Below, one piece after another: positions 40,749 through 51,300 of a stretch of 64,000 nucleotides of DNA; position 1 is the first letter of the stretch; each line of letters starts with the position of its first letter. The stretch covers positions 977,690 to 1,041,689 of the forward strand of contig JAKMXF010000354.1 of NCBI GenBank assembly GCA_024704765.1. Direction: 5' to 3'. The stretch is from Oopsacas minuta. Taxonomy: Eukaryota > Animalia > Porifera. The notes below the pieces were generated by a model that was not told where the DNA came from, searched no databases, and was given only the letters and a program-made list of their open reading frames with translations. The position numbers were made by a program, and so were the translations under genes.

Positions 40749-42094
40749 TTAATATATTCTGATGCAACTGGGTCTCTGCCATGGAGTAACACCATTACAG
40801 GACACTATTACTTTGCCTTTATACACAATAATGTCATTAACACCTTCCACTTCATCACTTCCTACTTCGTCTTCTCCTATCGTATGGAATAGAATTCCAG
40901 CTGGAGAGAAGAACTTGATAGAGTTAGTACGAGAGTTTGTAACTATAATATTACCAGATTCATCTAAGTAGAAGGATTGGGTGTTCGCTAGAATTCTTGA
41001 TTCTCCTAAAAGAAAATAATATATTAAAGTAATTAAATACGATATTGTGAATTTTGCAACTAAGCACCTTCTTTATCGTAGAGGTGTCCAGCATGCGTTC
41101 CTCCTCTGTTATACACAAGCAATTGGTTATTGAGTAAAATATAGAATTCATCTCCTCTCTGTTGCATTGGTAGTACTTTCCTAGAAATCCCGATTTTAGA
41201 TTGAAAGTTTAATTTTATTTCTTCTTTGAAATTTAGAGCTCTGTCATAAACATTAAAGAAGAAATCGCATTTAGAGTGACACAAAACAATTACTTCATTC
41301 TCTGAAGTAACAGCTATATTAGAATATTCTTTGTTAATTCTAATCTCCTTAGCTAGAGAGTAATCTGTTTGTCTGTACTGGAGCAATGTATTATATGATA
41401 TACCGCGATTGTATGATGACGAATAAGACCCGAAATAAATAAATTCTGTGCTAGTAGCAATACAGTTGTGATTATAGTTAGAGTCTCCAAATTCGTTTAT
41501 AAAAGAAAAATCTTTTGTATTAAATATAGCGACAGGAAATCTACCCTTTTTAGTTATCACAGCATCAACAAACACGTAGAGAAGTTCTTTATCAGAATCA
41601 ATAGAAAGTTTAGCTGAACTCCCAAATTGTCGACCTTTGCATCCTTCAATAACTTTAATAGCTCTGAGTTTCTTAGAATATATTGACGACAGATGAGATT
41701 CATTCATGATTTTACCAAACTGTTTAACTTGTGTAATCAGCTGATTGATATTACAGTGGAATTCGAAATTAGAATTTTCATTCAAGCTATTCTTTAACTT
41801 CCCAACTTCAGTATCAATATCAGCCAAAGATCCTTCTTGCTTCTTCATGGCAAGATTTTGTTTGACTGACAGCTTTTCGACATAAACTCTCATCTCTTCG
41901 AGTTCTTTAAGATTCTCATTCATAGACGAATTCTTTGCTTCTAACTCTGTCCTTATCTTACTAACCTCTGCTAGCAGCTCATCTCTACGGGACTTAACCT
42001 CTGATAATATTCTCTCAAACACTTGTATTATTTCTGCGGTGATATCATCTAGAATAGATCCTTTCGTCGCTGGTTCTGTATAAGCTGTTGCCAT
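40749..42094 (-). CDS. TRIM-like coiled-coil + NHL-type beta-propeller protein without RING/B-box (2 exons)
   Basis: Exon 1 42094-41068 has a BBC-like coiled coil (FERILSEVKSRRDELLAEV). A 62-nt GT-AG intron (41067-41006) leads to exon 2 41005-40749, encoding the NHL repeat FYLDESGNIIVTNSRTNSIKFFSPAGILFHTIG and ending RIY*. Confidence 0.7.
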
Positions 42095-42137
42095 TAGACT
42101 GTCTTACAAATAAATATAATACACAATTGAGCAAAAT

Positions 42138-42172
<35 letters not shown>
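42138..42172. repeat. (AAC)11 microsatellite
   Basis: Read directly, just upstream of the TRIM-like ATG. Confidence 0.9.
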
Positions 42173-42266
42173 GGATAATACAACCAAATATACACCTAAA
42201 ATAACGAATAAATAAATATATCAAACCCAAATAATAATAATAATCAGTGAACTAATGGTACATATC

Positions 42267-42812
42267 TCATCTAATTTTCAAAAATTCAACAAATTCTTCG
42301 CCAAATTCTTTCAACAACATTTCTTCTTCTAAAATTATTCTTGAATTTGTGAATAATCCAAGAAACAAATTTATAGCCAAAAGAAATATACTTTTAGAAT
42401 AAATCAAGAGTCCAATTGTCATGAGACCATATCCGGTGTAAGAGGGGCGAACTAAGTACTCGTAGGGGCCTGTTGTTACCAGATGGTGCTCACTTCTGAT
42501 ACCTATTTCATAAGTGAAGAGTCTTCCTAGCTCTGTCTTAGCGCTGTTACGCAGAATATTCCCCAATAGATATAGAAATGACCCGGTTAAATGAAGCAAA
42601 GTGAAACCAGTTCTTGTATCAAAGATATTTGAGCATAGCAACTAGATTAAGAAAGGAATTTCTAACAAACGACACACAAGGAATGCTTGGTACATATGAT
42701 CTCCAGTCTGCTGTCTGTCTTCTGGAGTTAGATAGTAGGACGGGAAGCGATCTCTTATCGTCTGTACCACCAGAATTAGGGTCACGACCATTCGGACACT
42801 TTGTCTTATCAT
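42267..42812 (-). pseudogene. ICMT/PEMT-family membrane methyltransferase-like ORF with an in-frame TAG (42644-42642)
   Basis: ATG 42812 and the downstream ORF share one frame, separated by a single TAG. The C-terminal half reads ELGRLFTYEIGIRSEHHLVTTGPYEYLVRPSYTG...RIILEEEMLLKEFGEEF (ICMT-family motifs). Confidence 0.55.
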
Positions 42813-43181
42813 AATAAGCAATTGACTATTAAATTTTAGTCTAAAAATCTGTGCCGCCACGTAAAATGAGAATTCAAAGTGGCACACTATTAATTGGAGG
42901 CACTATGTGTATTTGAGTTATATTTAACATTGGATAGCGCCATGTACAATAATTCTAAATACGATCTTATTATTTATAGCAAAAATATAGCAAAAATCGG
43001 CTCTGGTTCAGCCAAAGCTATTGACATTATACTGTCTTACAGATATGTATACAGTAGGACTCGAATAAGGCGTACTCCTCGGGAAACAAAATTTATACGT
43101 ATTAGCTGAAGTACGTCTGGTTTATTTTTTCCAAATCAAATACCTATGACCCTTTAATTAAGTGAAGGAGACAACCAATAA

Positions 43182-44207
43182 TTAACTCGACTCAGTAACA
43201 ATAGGTACTTCTAAAGGGAAAGGAGGAATTATGACGTCAAACATCCTCCCGTCCAGCTTCTCGAATTTAAAAGTCCCAAACATGAACCCGGATTTAGACT
43301 GGAGAGACGTATTACTGTTATATTGGAAGACAGGTCGTAAGCTGTCTAGAACTGGCTCCTCCCCGACTACCCCTCGCCCCTTTACCGTCTCTAGAGCTCC
43401 CATGCTAGAGAGGATCTTCCAGTTCCTCTCTCTCAACTGGACACTGTACAGGTTAAAGTTCTCAATCCGTATTGTGTATCTCCAGTAGTGGAACCCTTTC
43501 TGCCCCCTAGAGGAACTGTCATAACCGATGTAAAAGGGAGTAACGGTAATCCTCACCCCCTGGGTGAGTTGTCGATGCACCGAACAGTTCTTAACCCAAT
43601 GTTCATTTCTCTTCTTCCAGGCATATAGCAAGTCCTTAGCTGTGTAAATATGATTAAAATCAACAGACATTAAGCTGTCGAATAGGAAATGTTTAAACGG
43701 ATCTGAATCCATATTTTTATATGGAATGACGTCATCATGAGATACATAATCTATTCCTTCGACTGAAACCAATGGACTATTGTTAATGTGGAGGTATGTG
43801 AGATTCTCTGATTTTATCTCTTCACGAACATCCAGAGGGTTAGCGAGAACTTGGTATATTAGTCGTAGTTCCGGTTGAGACCCGATTGATGTGAATGAGG
43901 CGTGTCTTGTCGTATCCTTGTCACCTCTCTTCACGATGTGGAGAGGTTTATATGTGAATGTATTAGCCCCTGGTTTGCTGTTCGGTCTATCGTCCTTGTT
44001 TCTATCGAAGAAAGGAACTTTACAGCCAAATAGTACAACACCACGATAACCTAGGGTTTTATGCAGGAATGTTTGACCAGAGAAATATGACTGTTGAGAA
44101 GCGAGGATTTGCTGTAGCTTACCGACCAGACGCGCATCTGTCGCGACATTTCGAGCTGTATTTATAGGGAAGAGGGATAGTTTATTGAGCCAGCGGGGCT
44201 GCAACAT
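43182..44207 (-). CDS. POLDIP2: Polymerase delta-interacting protein 2 (YccV-like + ApaG domains)
   Basis: GQTFLHKTLGYRGVVLF, HRQLTQGVRITVTPFYIG, YWRYTIRIEN...VQLRERNWKI...VKGRGVVGEEP. Confidence 0.92.
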   Translation of the reverse strand: MLQPRWLNKLSLFPINTARNVATDARLVGKLQQILASQQSYFSGQTFLHKTLGYRGVVLFGCKVPFFDRNKDDRPNSKPGANTFTYKPLHIVKRGDKDTTRHASFTSIGSQPELRLIYQVLANPLDVREEIKSENLTYLHINNSPLVSVEGIDYVSHDDVIPYKNMDSDPFKHFLFDSLMSVDFNHIYTAKDLLYAWKKRNEHWVKNCSVHRQLTQGVRITVTPFYIGYDSSSRGQKGFHYWRYTIRIENFNLYSVQLRERNWKILSSMGALETVKGRGVVGEEPVLDSLRPVFQYNSNTSLQSKSGFMFGTFKFEKLDGRMFDVIIPPFPLEVPIVTESS

Positions 44208-44317
44208 TATAACTACAAACGCTAAATAGTGATTGATATCTAATAGATCTTATTTGAGAGAGGGACTATGAATTGTATTGGGGGAGAAGTTTCTATATAA
44301 AGATGGTTAGTTAGTTA

Positions 44318-44442
44318 CAGTGGATGCGGTTATAAGAACCCCCTTGGGGGCAGCAATGCATGTTCTTATAACCGGCAATATATGGAAACCGTTTTCCAGA
44401 GGATGGTACTTATATCCGGTGTTCTTATAACGGTATCAACCG
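44318..44442. mobile_element. pogo-type MITE (125 bp)
   Basis: TA|CAGTGGATGCGGTTATAAGAAC ... GTTCTTATAACGGTATCAACCG|TA. Confidence 0.65.
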
Positions 44443-44643
44443 TATCTTTGGGACTCAAAACTGTCTCCATTGTCGTATAAAAATATAAATAAATATATTT
44501 TAGTTCGAGATTGACAAATCAACTCTTAATTCAATTACTAAATAAATGAAATGTAGGACAACAATACTTGAACTAACCAATCAGATTCCTCTCTGGTGCC
44601 AGCTGTCTTTGTCTTTGCCACGAGTGACTATTGATATAAAAGT

Positions 44644-47600
44644 TTAATCAGTTGAGCTGTCAGTATTTTCGGAGTCTTGACAACAGAGACGGATTGGATT
44701 GTGTTTTAGTTTTTCTTCTTGTTGTGAAATTCGTAACGATTCTTCTTCCAACGCTTTCGATGCTTCCAGGGCCTCCTTCTCCAGAGCTCTCTGTCTGTCA
44801 ATCAGGTCTAACTCTTTCTTTATCTCTGAAAATTCGATTGTACCACCTTTCTGTAAAGAGTATAAATTGTATGGAGGATCATCTGTAACCTGCATCCAAG
44901 GTACATAAGTAACACCATTAACATCGTCCCAAAATATCCCTGGAAGTACTTTAAATCCAGGAACCCATGTGCATTGGAAATTAGCATATTCCAGTTTTTC
45001 CTTCAACAGGTCAGCTGATTTTCTGTTTGAGAGTTGTATGAGAGCAGCTGTGTGATCGTTCATAATATCGAATAGCTCTATATCCCCGACATAAGCAGAT
45101 ATGTATTTCCTTAAGTGATACTTTTCTAGAACTCTCTGTCTACTCTCTACCTTGATGATGTTAGTATAGATCACTAGACAATCCTTAGAATTTGGGGGAC
45201 AGAACATCTCCATTGATTCGATTGATTCAGATCTCACACGTCGTATCTGTCTATATTCCGGACTCTCATGCTCCCTCCTCTCTTTCTTGGAATTATTTCT
45301 GTTCTTAGTTGTTGTTTTATGTCTAGCTTTTGTTTTGTCCTGTCGTGAAGAGTGTTTTTGTTTGTTTATTTTGAGTTGCATTTTATGTTTGTATATTTGC
45401 CTTCTCAAATGTAGAGTTACGGAATCGTCAGAAGAACTACTAGAGCTTGAGGAGGAAGACGAGGAGGTAGATGAAGAGGAGGACGCAGAGGAAAGGATTT
45501 GTTTCCGTTTCTTGCGTTTAGAATGATTAGATTTGTCAGAATTAGATTTATTAGTTTTGACAATAATAACAGACCGTAATCCATTAATATCCTTCATACT
45601 TGCTTTGCTAGGAGTTATAACACTTCTAATCTTGTTATCTACTGCTACGCTAGTTTCAACGGATTCCATCTCTTTTACTTTCTCTCTTACAGATTCAATT
45701 AGTACGCTTAGAGGAGAGGTCTTGGCATTGGGCGGGGTGACGCATTCCAAGCTGTTCTCTCTCACCACTGGGGATATATCACTAATACAGCTTGAAGAGG
45801 ATAAATCGGACCCACGGGGAGGAGTTATGTTATCAAATGGGAGGGTTACGTCAAAAATGGATTTAGGAAAGTTCTGGGTTGATTCTATCAGGATGGGACT
45901 ATTTCTGGGTGAGCAAGGGGGAGACGGATTTCTGGCGAAGATAGGAGATAAAGATTGACTCGATTTGTGAGATCCTGTGATAGGAGACATGTTTGATAGA
46001 GCCAAGTCTGGAAACACCTCTTCCAAGGAGGAGGCGTAGGGGGATTGTGGGGATAGACTTGCTTGTCTGACTGGAGTGACCTGTAGGAACATGTCCTCTG
46101 CGTCTCGTGTGGGGAACAGAGGGTCATATGGGTCTGTGGTGTGACTAGGGGGAAATTCAGGAAAAACAGGATTCACTCTGTTTGAAGGAACGGAGTCTTG
46201 AGAGATTTGAAGAACATCTGAAGAATGTAAAAGAGATGGCGAGTCCTGCTCGCTATCATTGTTCGGAATTTGAGGTTTGTTAGCTTCTTTATTCTTATTT
46301 TCATTTATAATGTCATCTTCCTTCAAAGACTCTTGACTATCTGAGAATAGAGGAGAATTCATCACCCCAGAGTCCTCAATCTCATCCATGGTTAGATTTG
46401 AGTCTGGAAGAGAAACATCGTCTTCTGGGGCAACTACTTCTGCTACCATTTCTGTCATATCCTTATCCACATCCACACTTTCTGATATTTCTTTTTCTTT
46501 ATTCGTCATCACTTCTTTATTTTCTGCCCCTGAGAATATCTGCTGACTGTCTTCTAGAATATGCTCTCCGTTTTGTGTACTCTCCTTATGTTCTTCAGTG
46601 CATATTATCAGCCTTTGAGAATCGTCGGCGAAATCCTCAGACACGTTACTAGGACTCCTATTGAAGTATTCTTCCATTACTATGTCATCATTGTCACCAG
46701 AAGAAGGGGTCTTAGCCCCTCCGGATATAGGGGAAACAGGTACATGGTTGAAGAGGGCAGGTATCCTGCTTGGAGAGGTTATAACAGAGATAGGGGAGAG
46801 AGGTATTTGAGGGGATCTTCCAATATTAGCGAGCTGTGTGTGTATATCTTGATCAAAATCTTTGAATGAAGTGAATGCGCCTAACTTTACAGCACTACTC
46901 ATCAGTAATCTCTCCAATTCATTATCGATATCTTGGTTCTTGTATCGCCTGGGAGAGTCCACTTCATCCTGAGTAGGCGTGGCATTTCCTGGGACGGATT
47001 TATTTTTCTTGAGCTCCTTTCTTTTCTTCCGTTTACTCTTCTCTCTAGCTCTTGCACTCTCCTTGGCTGCCAATTCAACTCGCTTCTTCTCCTGCTCCAC
47101 TCGCCTTTTTTGCGCAGCGATCCGTTCAGCATCGTCCTCATCATCTCCGTAGTCAAAGTCATCGAGTAAGGGTGTAGGACCTCCACCGACCGGATGTGCT
47201 TTGTTGGAGTTGATGCTATGGTAAGGTGCAAGACCTCTGTCTCGTGGACTACCAGGAAGGGCATTTGATATCCCCGGGAGATCAAAGGTTGATGGGAGTG
47301 CTGAGTATTCGGCTGATTCTTGTACTTCATGGTAATCTGTCCTTAGCAGCCCGCGGTAGTCAAGAGGTTGTGGATCTGCAGATTGCTGGACCAGGGATTG
47401 GAATAGTCTAAGCTGATCAAGTAATTCAGGTGGTACCTCTACGCTCTTTCCCTCAGCTATTTGAAGCTGATACATCTGTAGAGCCTGGAGAGCATTTACG
47501 AAACTAGGTGCGAGAGAGTTGAGGTTTTTCAGAGCTTGTAACTGCTGTAATGCTTGAATCTGTGTTTGTTGCTGATGGATGATGGCTAGAGCATTTGCTG

Positions 47601-48075
47601 CTACTGATTGTACAACTCCTGATGATTTTTCTGGAGCTTTAGCTCTCTTATGGGACTTCAGTTCGGGGGATATAATTGACAATAGGGGCTCCACCAACTC
47701 ACTGTTATATATCCTGTGTTTTTGCCATAAAGTTAGAATTCGGACCATTCGAGATTTATCTTTCTGTTTGCATTTCTTGAGGAAATGGAAAATGAGTTTT
47801 AATTTCTTTTTGAATCTAGGTGCGTATACGTCCTTGTTTTTCCCAAAATCTTTGATGGACTGGCGAATAATTGAGTCGATTACACACAGTGCAGTCAGCT
47901 TGTATTTTCCTGGTATTTTCTCTGCGTATTTCTCCATGTACATGACCACATGTTTGTACATTCTGTTAGCCTTGATGGCAACGGAGGCGACTAGTTGGAT
48001 TCGAGATCGAGGGATGGGTGGTTTTGACCTGTAGAGATTCTTGAGAGCTGTTTTGAACTCGTGGACTAACTCCAT
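44644..48075 (-). CDS. SCAF8: SR-related CTD-associated factor 4/8-like (CID domain, low-complexity middle, RRM-like C-terminus)
   Basis: N-terminal CID (KPPIPRSRI...YKHVVMYMEKY...YKLTALCVIDSIIRQS...KDVYAPRF) and C-terminal FWDDVNGVTYVPW motif of SCAF4/8. Confidence 0.8.
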   Translation of the reverse strand: MELVHEFKTALKNLYRSKPPIPRSRIQLVASVAIKANRMYKHVVMYMEKYAEKIPGKYKLTALCVIDSIIRQSIKDFGKNKDVYAPRFKKKLKLIFHFLKKCKQKDKSRMVRILTLWQKHRIYNSELVEPLLSIISPELKSHKRAKAPEKSSGVVQSVAANALAIIHQQQTQIQALQQLQALKNLNSLAPSFVNALQALQMYQLQIAEGKSVEVPPELLDQLRLFQSLVQQSADPQPLDYRGLLRTDYHEVQESAEYSALPSTFDLPGISNALPGSPRDRGLAPYHSINSNKAHPVGGGPTPLLDDFDYGDDEDDAERIAAQKRRVEQEKKRVELAAKESARAREKSKRKKRKELKKNKSVPGNATPTQDEVDSPRRYKNQDIDNELERLLMSSAVKLGAFTSFKDFDQDIHTQLANIGRSPQIPLSPISVITSPSRIPALFNHVPVSPISGGAKTPSSGDNDDIVMEEYFNRSPSNVSEDFADDSQRLIICTEEHKESTQNGEHILEDSQQIFSGAENKEVMTNKEKEISESVDVDKDMTEMVAEVVAPEDDVSLPDSNLTMDEIEDSGVMNSPLFSDSQESLKEDDIINENKNKEANKPQIPNNDSEQDSPSLLHSSDVLQISQDSVPSNRVNPVFPEFPPSHTTDPYDPLFPTRDAEDMFLQVTPVRQASLSPQSPYASSLEEVFPDLALSNMSPITGSHKSSQSLSPIFARNPSPPCSPRNSPILIESTQNFPKSIFDVTLPFDNITPPRGSDLSSSSCISDISPVVRENSLECVTPPNAKTSPLSVLIESVREKVKEMESVETSVAVDNKIRSVITPSKASMKDINGLRSVIIVKTNKSNSDKSNHSKRKKRKQILSSASSSSSTSSSSSSSSSSSSDDSVTLHLRRQIYKHKMQLKINKQKHSSRQDKTKARHKTTTKNRNNSKKERREHESPEYRQIRRVRSESIESMEMFCPPNSKDCLVIYTNIIKVESRQRVLEKYHLRKYISAYVGDIELFDIMNDHTAALIQLSNRKSADLLKEKLEYANFQCTWVPGFKVLPGIFWDDVNGVTYVPWMQVTDDPPYNLYSLQKGGTIEFSEIKKELDLIDRQRALEKEALEASKALEEESLRISQQEEKLKHNPIRLCCQDSENTDSSTD

Positions 48076-48300
48076 AGCGTTCTAATTGACATATTAACAT
48101 GTTCATATCATATAGTTCCCATATATTACCCACTAAAGTTTACAAGCATCATGGCAATGTTTAGAAATGTTAATCGAACAGTTGAAAAGCATAAAACATT
48201 ATTTAATATTTGTTGTCTTACTTGAAATACAACACAATTCTAAGAATAAATTACTACATAATTCTCAAGCGAATGCGGTTAAAATAACAAATCTAAATTC

Positions 48301-51300
48301 TCATACCCACGGCTCCCATCCATGCCACGTTCTGCCTAGGATATTCGGGTCAGTAGCATGGTCAATTAAACACGCTATCTGCTCATTAACTGAGCTACAC
48401 TTCTCTCCAACTCTAGCGCGAATGTTGTCACGACTTTCTCCCATAAGTATTCTCTTCAGAGCTGAGAACTCCACAGATTTCTCATGTCCTAGCTTGAGGT
48501 CTGTCAACATGACGTAGGCTGGGTTATACCCAAGGAGTTTCTGTCTAGCTGTATCCACCTTCTGTTTCGGGAATTTATCCTCTATGTTTACATTCTCTCC
48601 TTGTTTCTTAGCTTGTGCCCTTGCATTTTGCTGCCAGTCAAGAGAAGGTTCCTTCACGAATATATCCATTGTGCTGAGCAGAAGTTCCGGACTCTCTCGC
48701 AAGGAACGGAGTGCATGTTGCATGCAGGAACGTAGCAGACCTGAGTCCTTGTGTGGGAACATTAGAGAAGCGAATTGAGGTGTCAGTCTGAAGGGCATTA
48801 ACTCGGGATATGGAAGGAACTGTGTAGCAGAGCCAAATGCGTGTCCAAAGTCTATCCCTATTAACCGTCCAGTCTTGAGGTCTACCATGAAATTTGACAG
48901 ATGTCTATCTCCTATACCAATAATGTATTGACAAATGTTAACAGAGGATAGAGACTGCACGAAATGTGTCCTCAATACAAGGAAGGCCTCCGGACAAGAC
49001 GATACGCGATACAGACTACGTCTTAACAAATCCCAGGGCATGTTCCCTACTTTCTTATTGTACTCTTCTATTGCCTGTGTACGAGTAGCCTTTTGATACA
49101 TTCCCTTGTATTTCCCGAACTTATCCACCCAAGATACGTGTGTTTGCATTACCTACAAAGACACACAGTAATAATATTGACATGGCTATATATGGCAAAT
49201 GTAATTTACTTGCTCCATTGCTTTTGTGTCTTGCTCAGTAGCTGAGTCTTTAAGGAATTCTTTTAACGGACTTGTATTATCCATCCATTCTAGAACTCCC
49301 AGACGAGTTGTCATTGGAATAACCTATAATATACGACCATTAAACTAAAAGAAGCCACGTTTGTAATGCCATAAGAGGCTTCGAACTTGCCTGATAGGTA
49401 CGTAGTCTCATATTCCTCTGAGCACAGGCCTGGTCCTGGTCCAATATCTGGTTCATAATACTGAACAGCTGTTCAATCCTCTGATCCTGTCTCAGATCCT
49501 CTCCCCCTTTAATCAGGAAGCTATACTCCCGCTCGTTATCAGCTCGCACGGTTATGCGCTTAGGCTTACGTAGAGAAGAGAGGACTAGAATCCTAGAATC
49601 GAAGCTTGCTATACAAGCATGAGACTCCGGTCTGGGTCTAGACAAGCCGTCATACTGTCCGGGCACCTCTATGTGTTTGTGATAGTCTTCTTTGTGGAAG
49701 TTAGCTAACCAGGGTGAGTATTCCTTTAAGTTACTAGAGCCTTGAGATTTGAATAAAGATGTTTTCATTAAATCATATATCTTGCCCTTATTAGCTGTGA
49801 AATCTTTGCTAGTCATGCTGTAGAGCTTCTCTCCCTGGTTACCAAACATCTGGAGAATCTTGTTACCGAATTCTTTGGAGAATGCTTTGTACCTCTGTCC
49901 CCATTCCTTGGGGGTATTTCCGCATAATGAGCCAGCGTCCGATCCTGTGGACTGTTGACTGTCCTCCTATAAAATAAATATTTTTCAACTATACCGGTTC
50001 ATTACACTATTTAACTAACCTCAATCAGCTTGCCCTTGATCTCATCCCAGATGGTAACAAGCATTTTCTTGTCCCTCTGACTCGTTGCACGCTCCATAAC
50101 AAGTGAGAGTTCTTGCTCTATCAGATCTCTCCATACAAGTTCTGGATTAGTTAGCTGCTCCAGGGCTGCACAGAACATTGTCAGTACTGGGTTGTCTACT
50201 CTAGCTTGTAGACTGGCCACTGATCTCTGTAGTCTGTTGCCGTCAGGAGTAGAGGGGAATTTGTATTGACTAGCACTTACTTTGAGAGGATAATACAATG
50301 CCTAATAGAGGTAATGTAGAAATTTGAAAGGCAACAAAGTGTATGGTATATGTCTGTTTACCTGGGGATAGTTAGTAGCCACAGAAATGAGTATGTTAAA
50401 CACTGCTGCTCCTTCTGGCTTGTCGAGTATAGATACGAGCTGACTTAGCCATTGAATGAACATCCAGTTAGGCACAACGCGTGACTTCTTTATGAAATCA
50501 TCTCTGATCTCTGGATGGGTGTCAATCAGCTGTAGGAGGCGTGGGAACAGCTGTCTGGCCTCTAGAGAGCCATACTGCATAGCTCTCAACAGGTAGTTTG
50601 ATATGACACTCGGGAATTGTTTCAGATCCAATCGCGTGGGCGTACCTTCCTCCTCCTTGCGGAGACAGTTGTCACAGAATCTACAAAATATTCACATAAC
50701 ACGAATCCTATATTAATTATTAGTTATTAGCCACACATACTTAGCCATTGCGAGCATACTGTCAATGATTGAGAACGAGCCCTTCTCTCCACTAGCCTTG
50801 AAGAAGTTTGTGCTATCAGTAACAGCCTGTTTAAAAGCAGCTAGAGATTTCATATAAAGCTTCTTAGCAATTTGGTTTGGATTCTCTCCAGTCGTTAACT
50901 CAATATATCCCAGATAATTCTTGAGAGCTTGAAAAGAGTCCGTTAGTAGAGATCCGATGAGATGTCCTCCTTCTGGTTCTTGCAATAACTCAGCAATGCG
51001 TTTGGTTTGATGTCCCTCTACCATGTGATGGTGCGAGGAGAGGAGCAGGTCCTCTGAGAGCGTGGAGACATACTGGGTCTTGATTTCTTGGAGATAACCG
51101 AGATTGGCGACGATCTGTGAGACGTCCTCAGTAGAGGGGACTACTTGTGCCCTCTCTCTCCTTAGACACATATCAGCTGTAATATGAGCACATCTGACTT
51201 TGAGAAAAGCAGATGAGTCTGTCTGGCCTTCTACTTGTTTAATGAAGTGAGCTGCCAATGAGAAATTAGCCTGAGTAGAAGCAGCTTCTGCTATGGACAG

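Noticed and set aside
40960-41151. Apparent premature stop or frameshift at the end of the TRIM-like ORF
   Set aside because: Resolved by a canonical 62-nt GT-AG intron (41067-41006) leading to an intact NHL exon.
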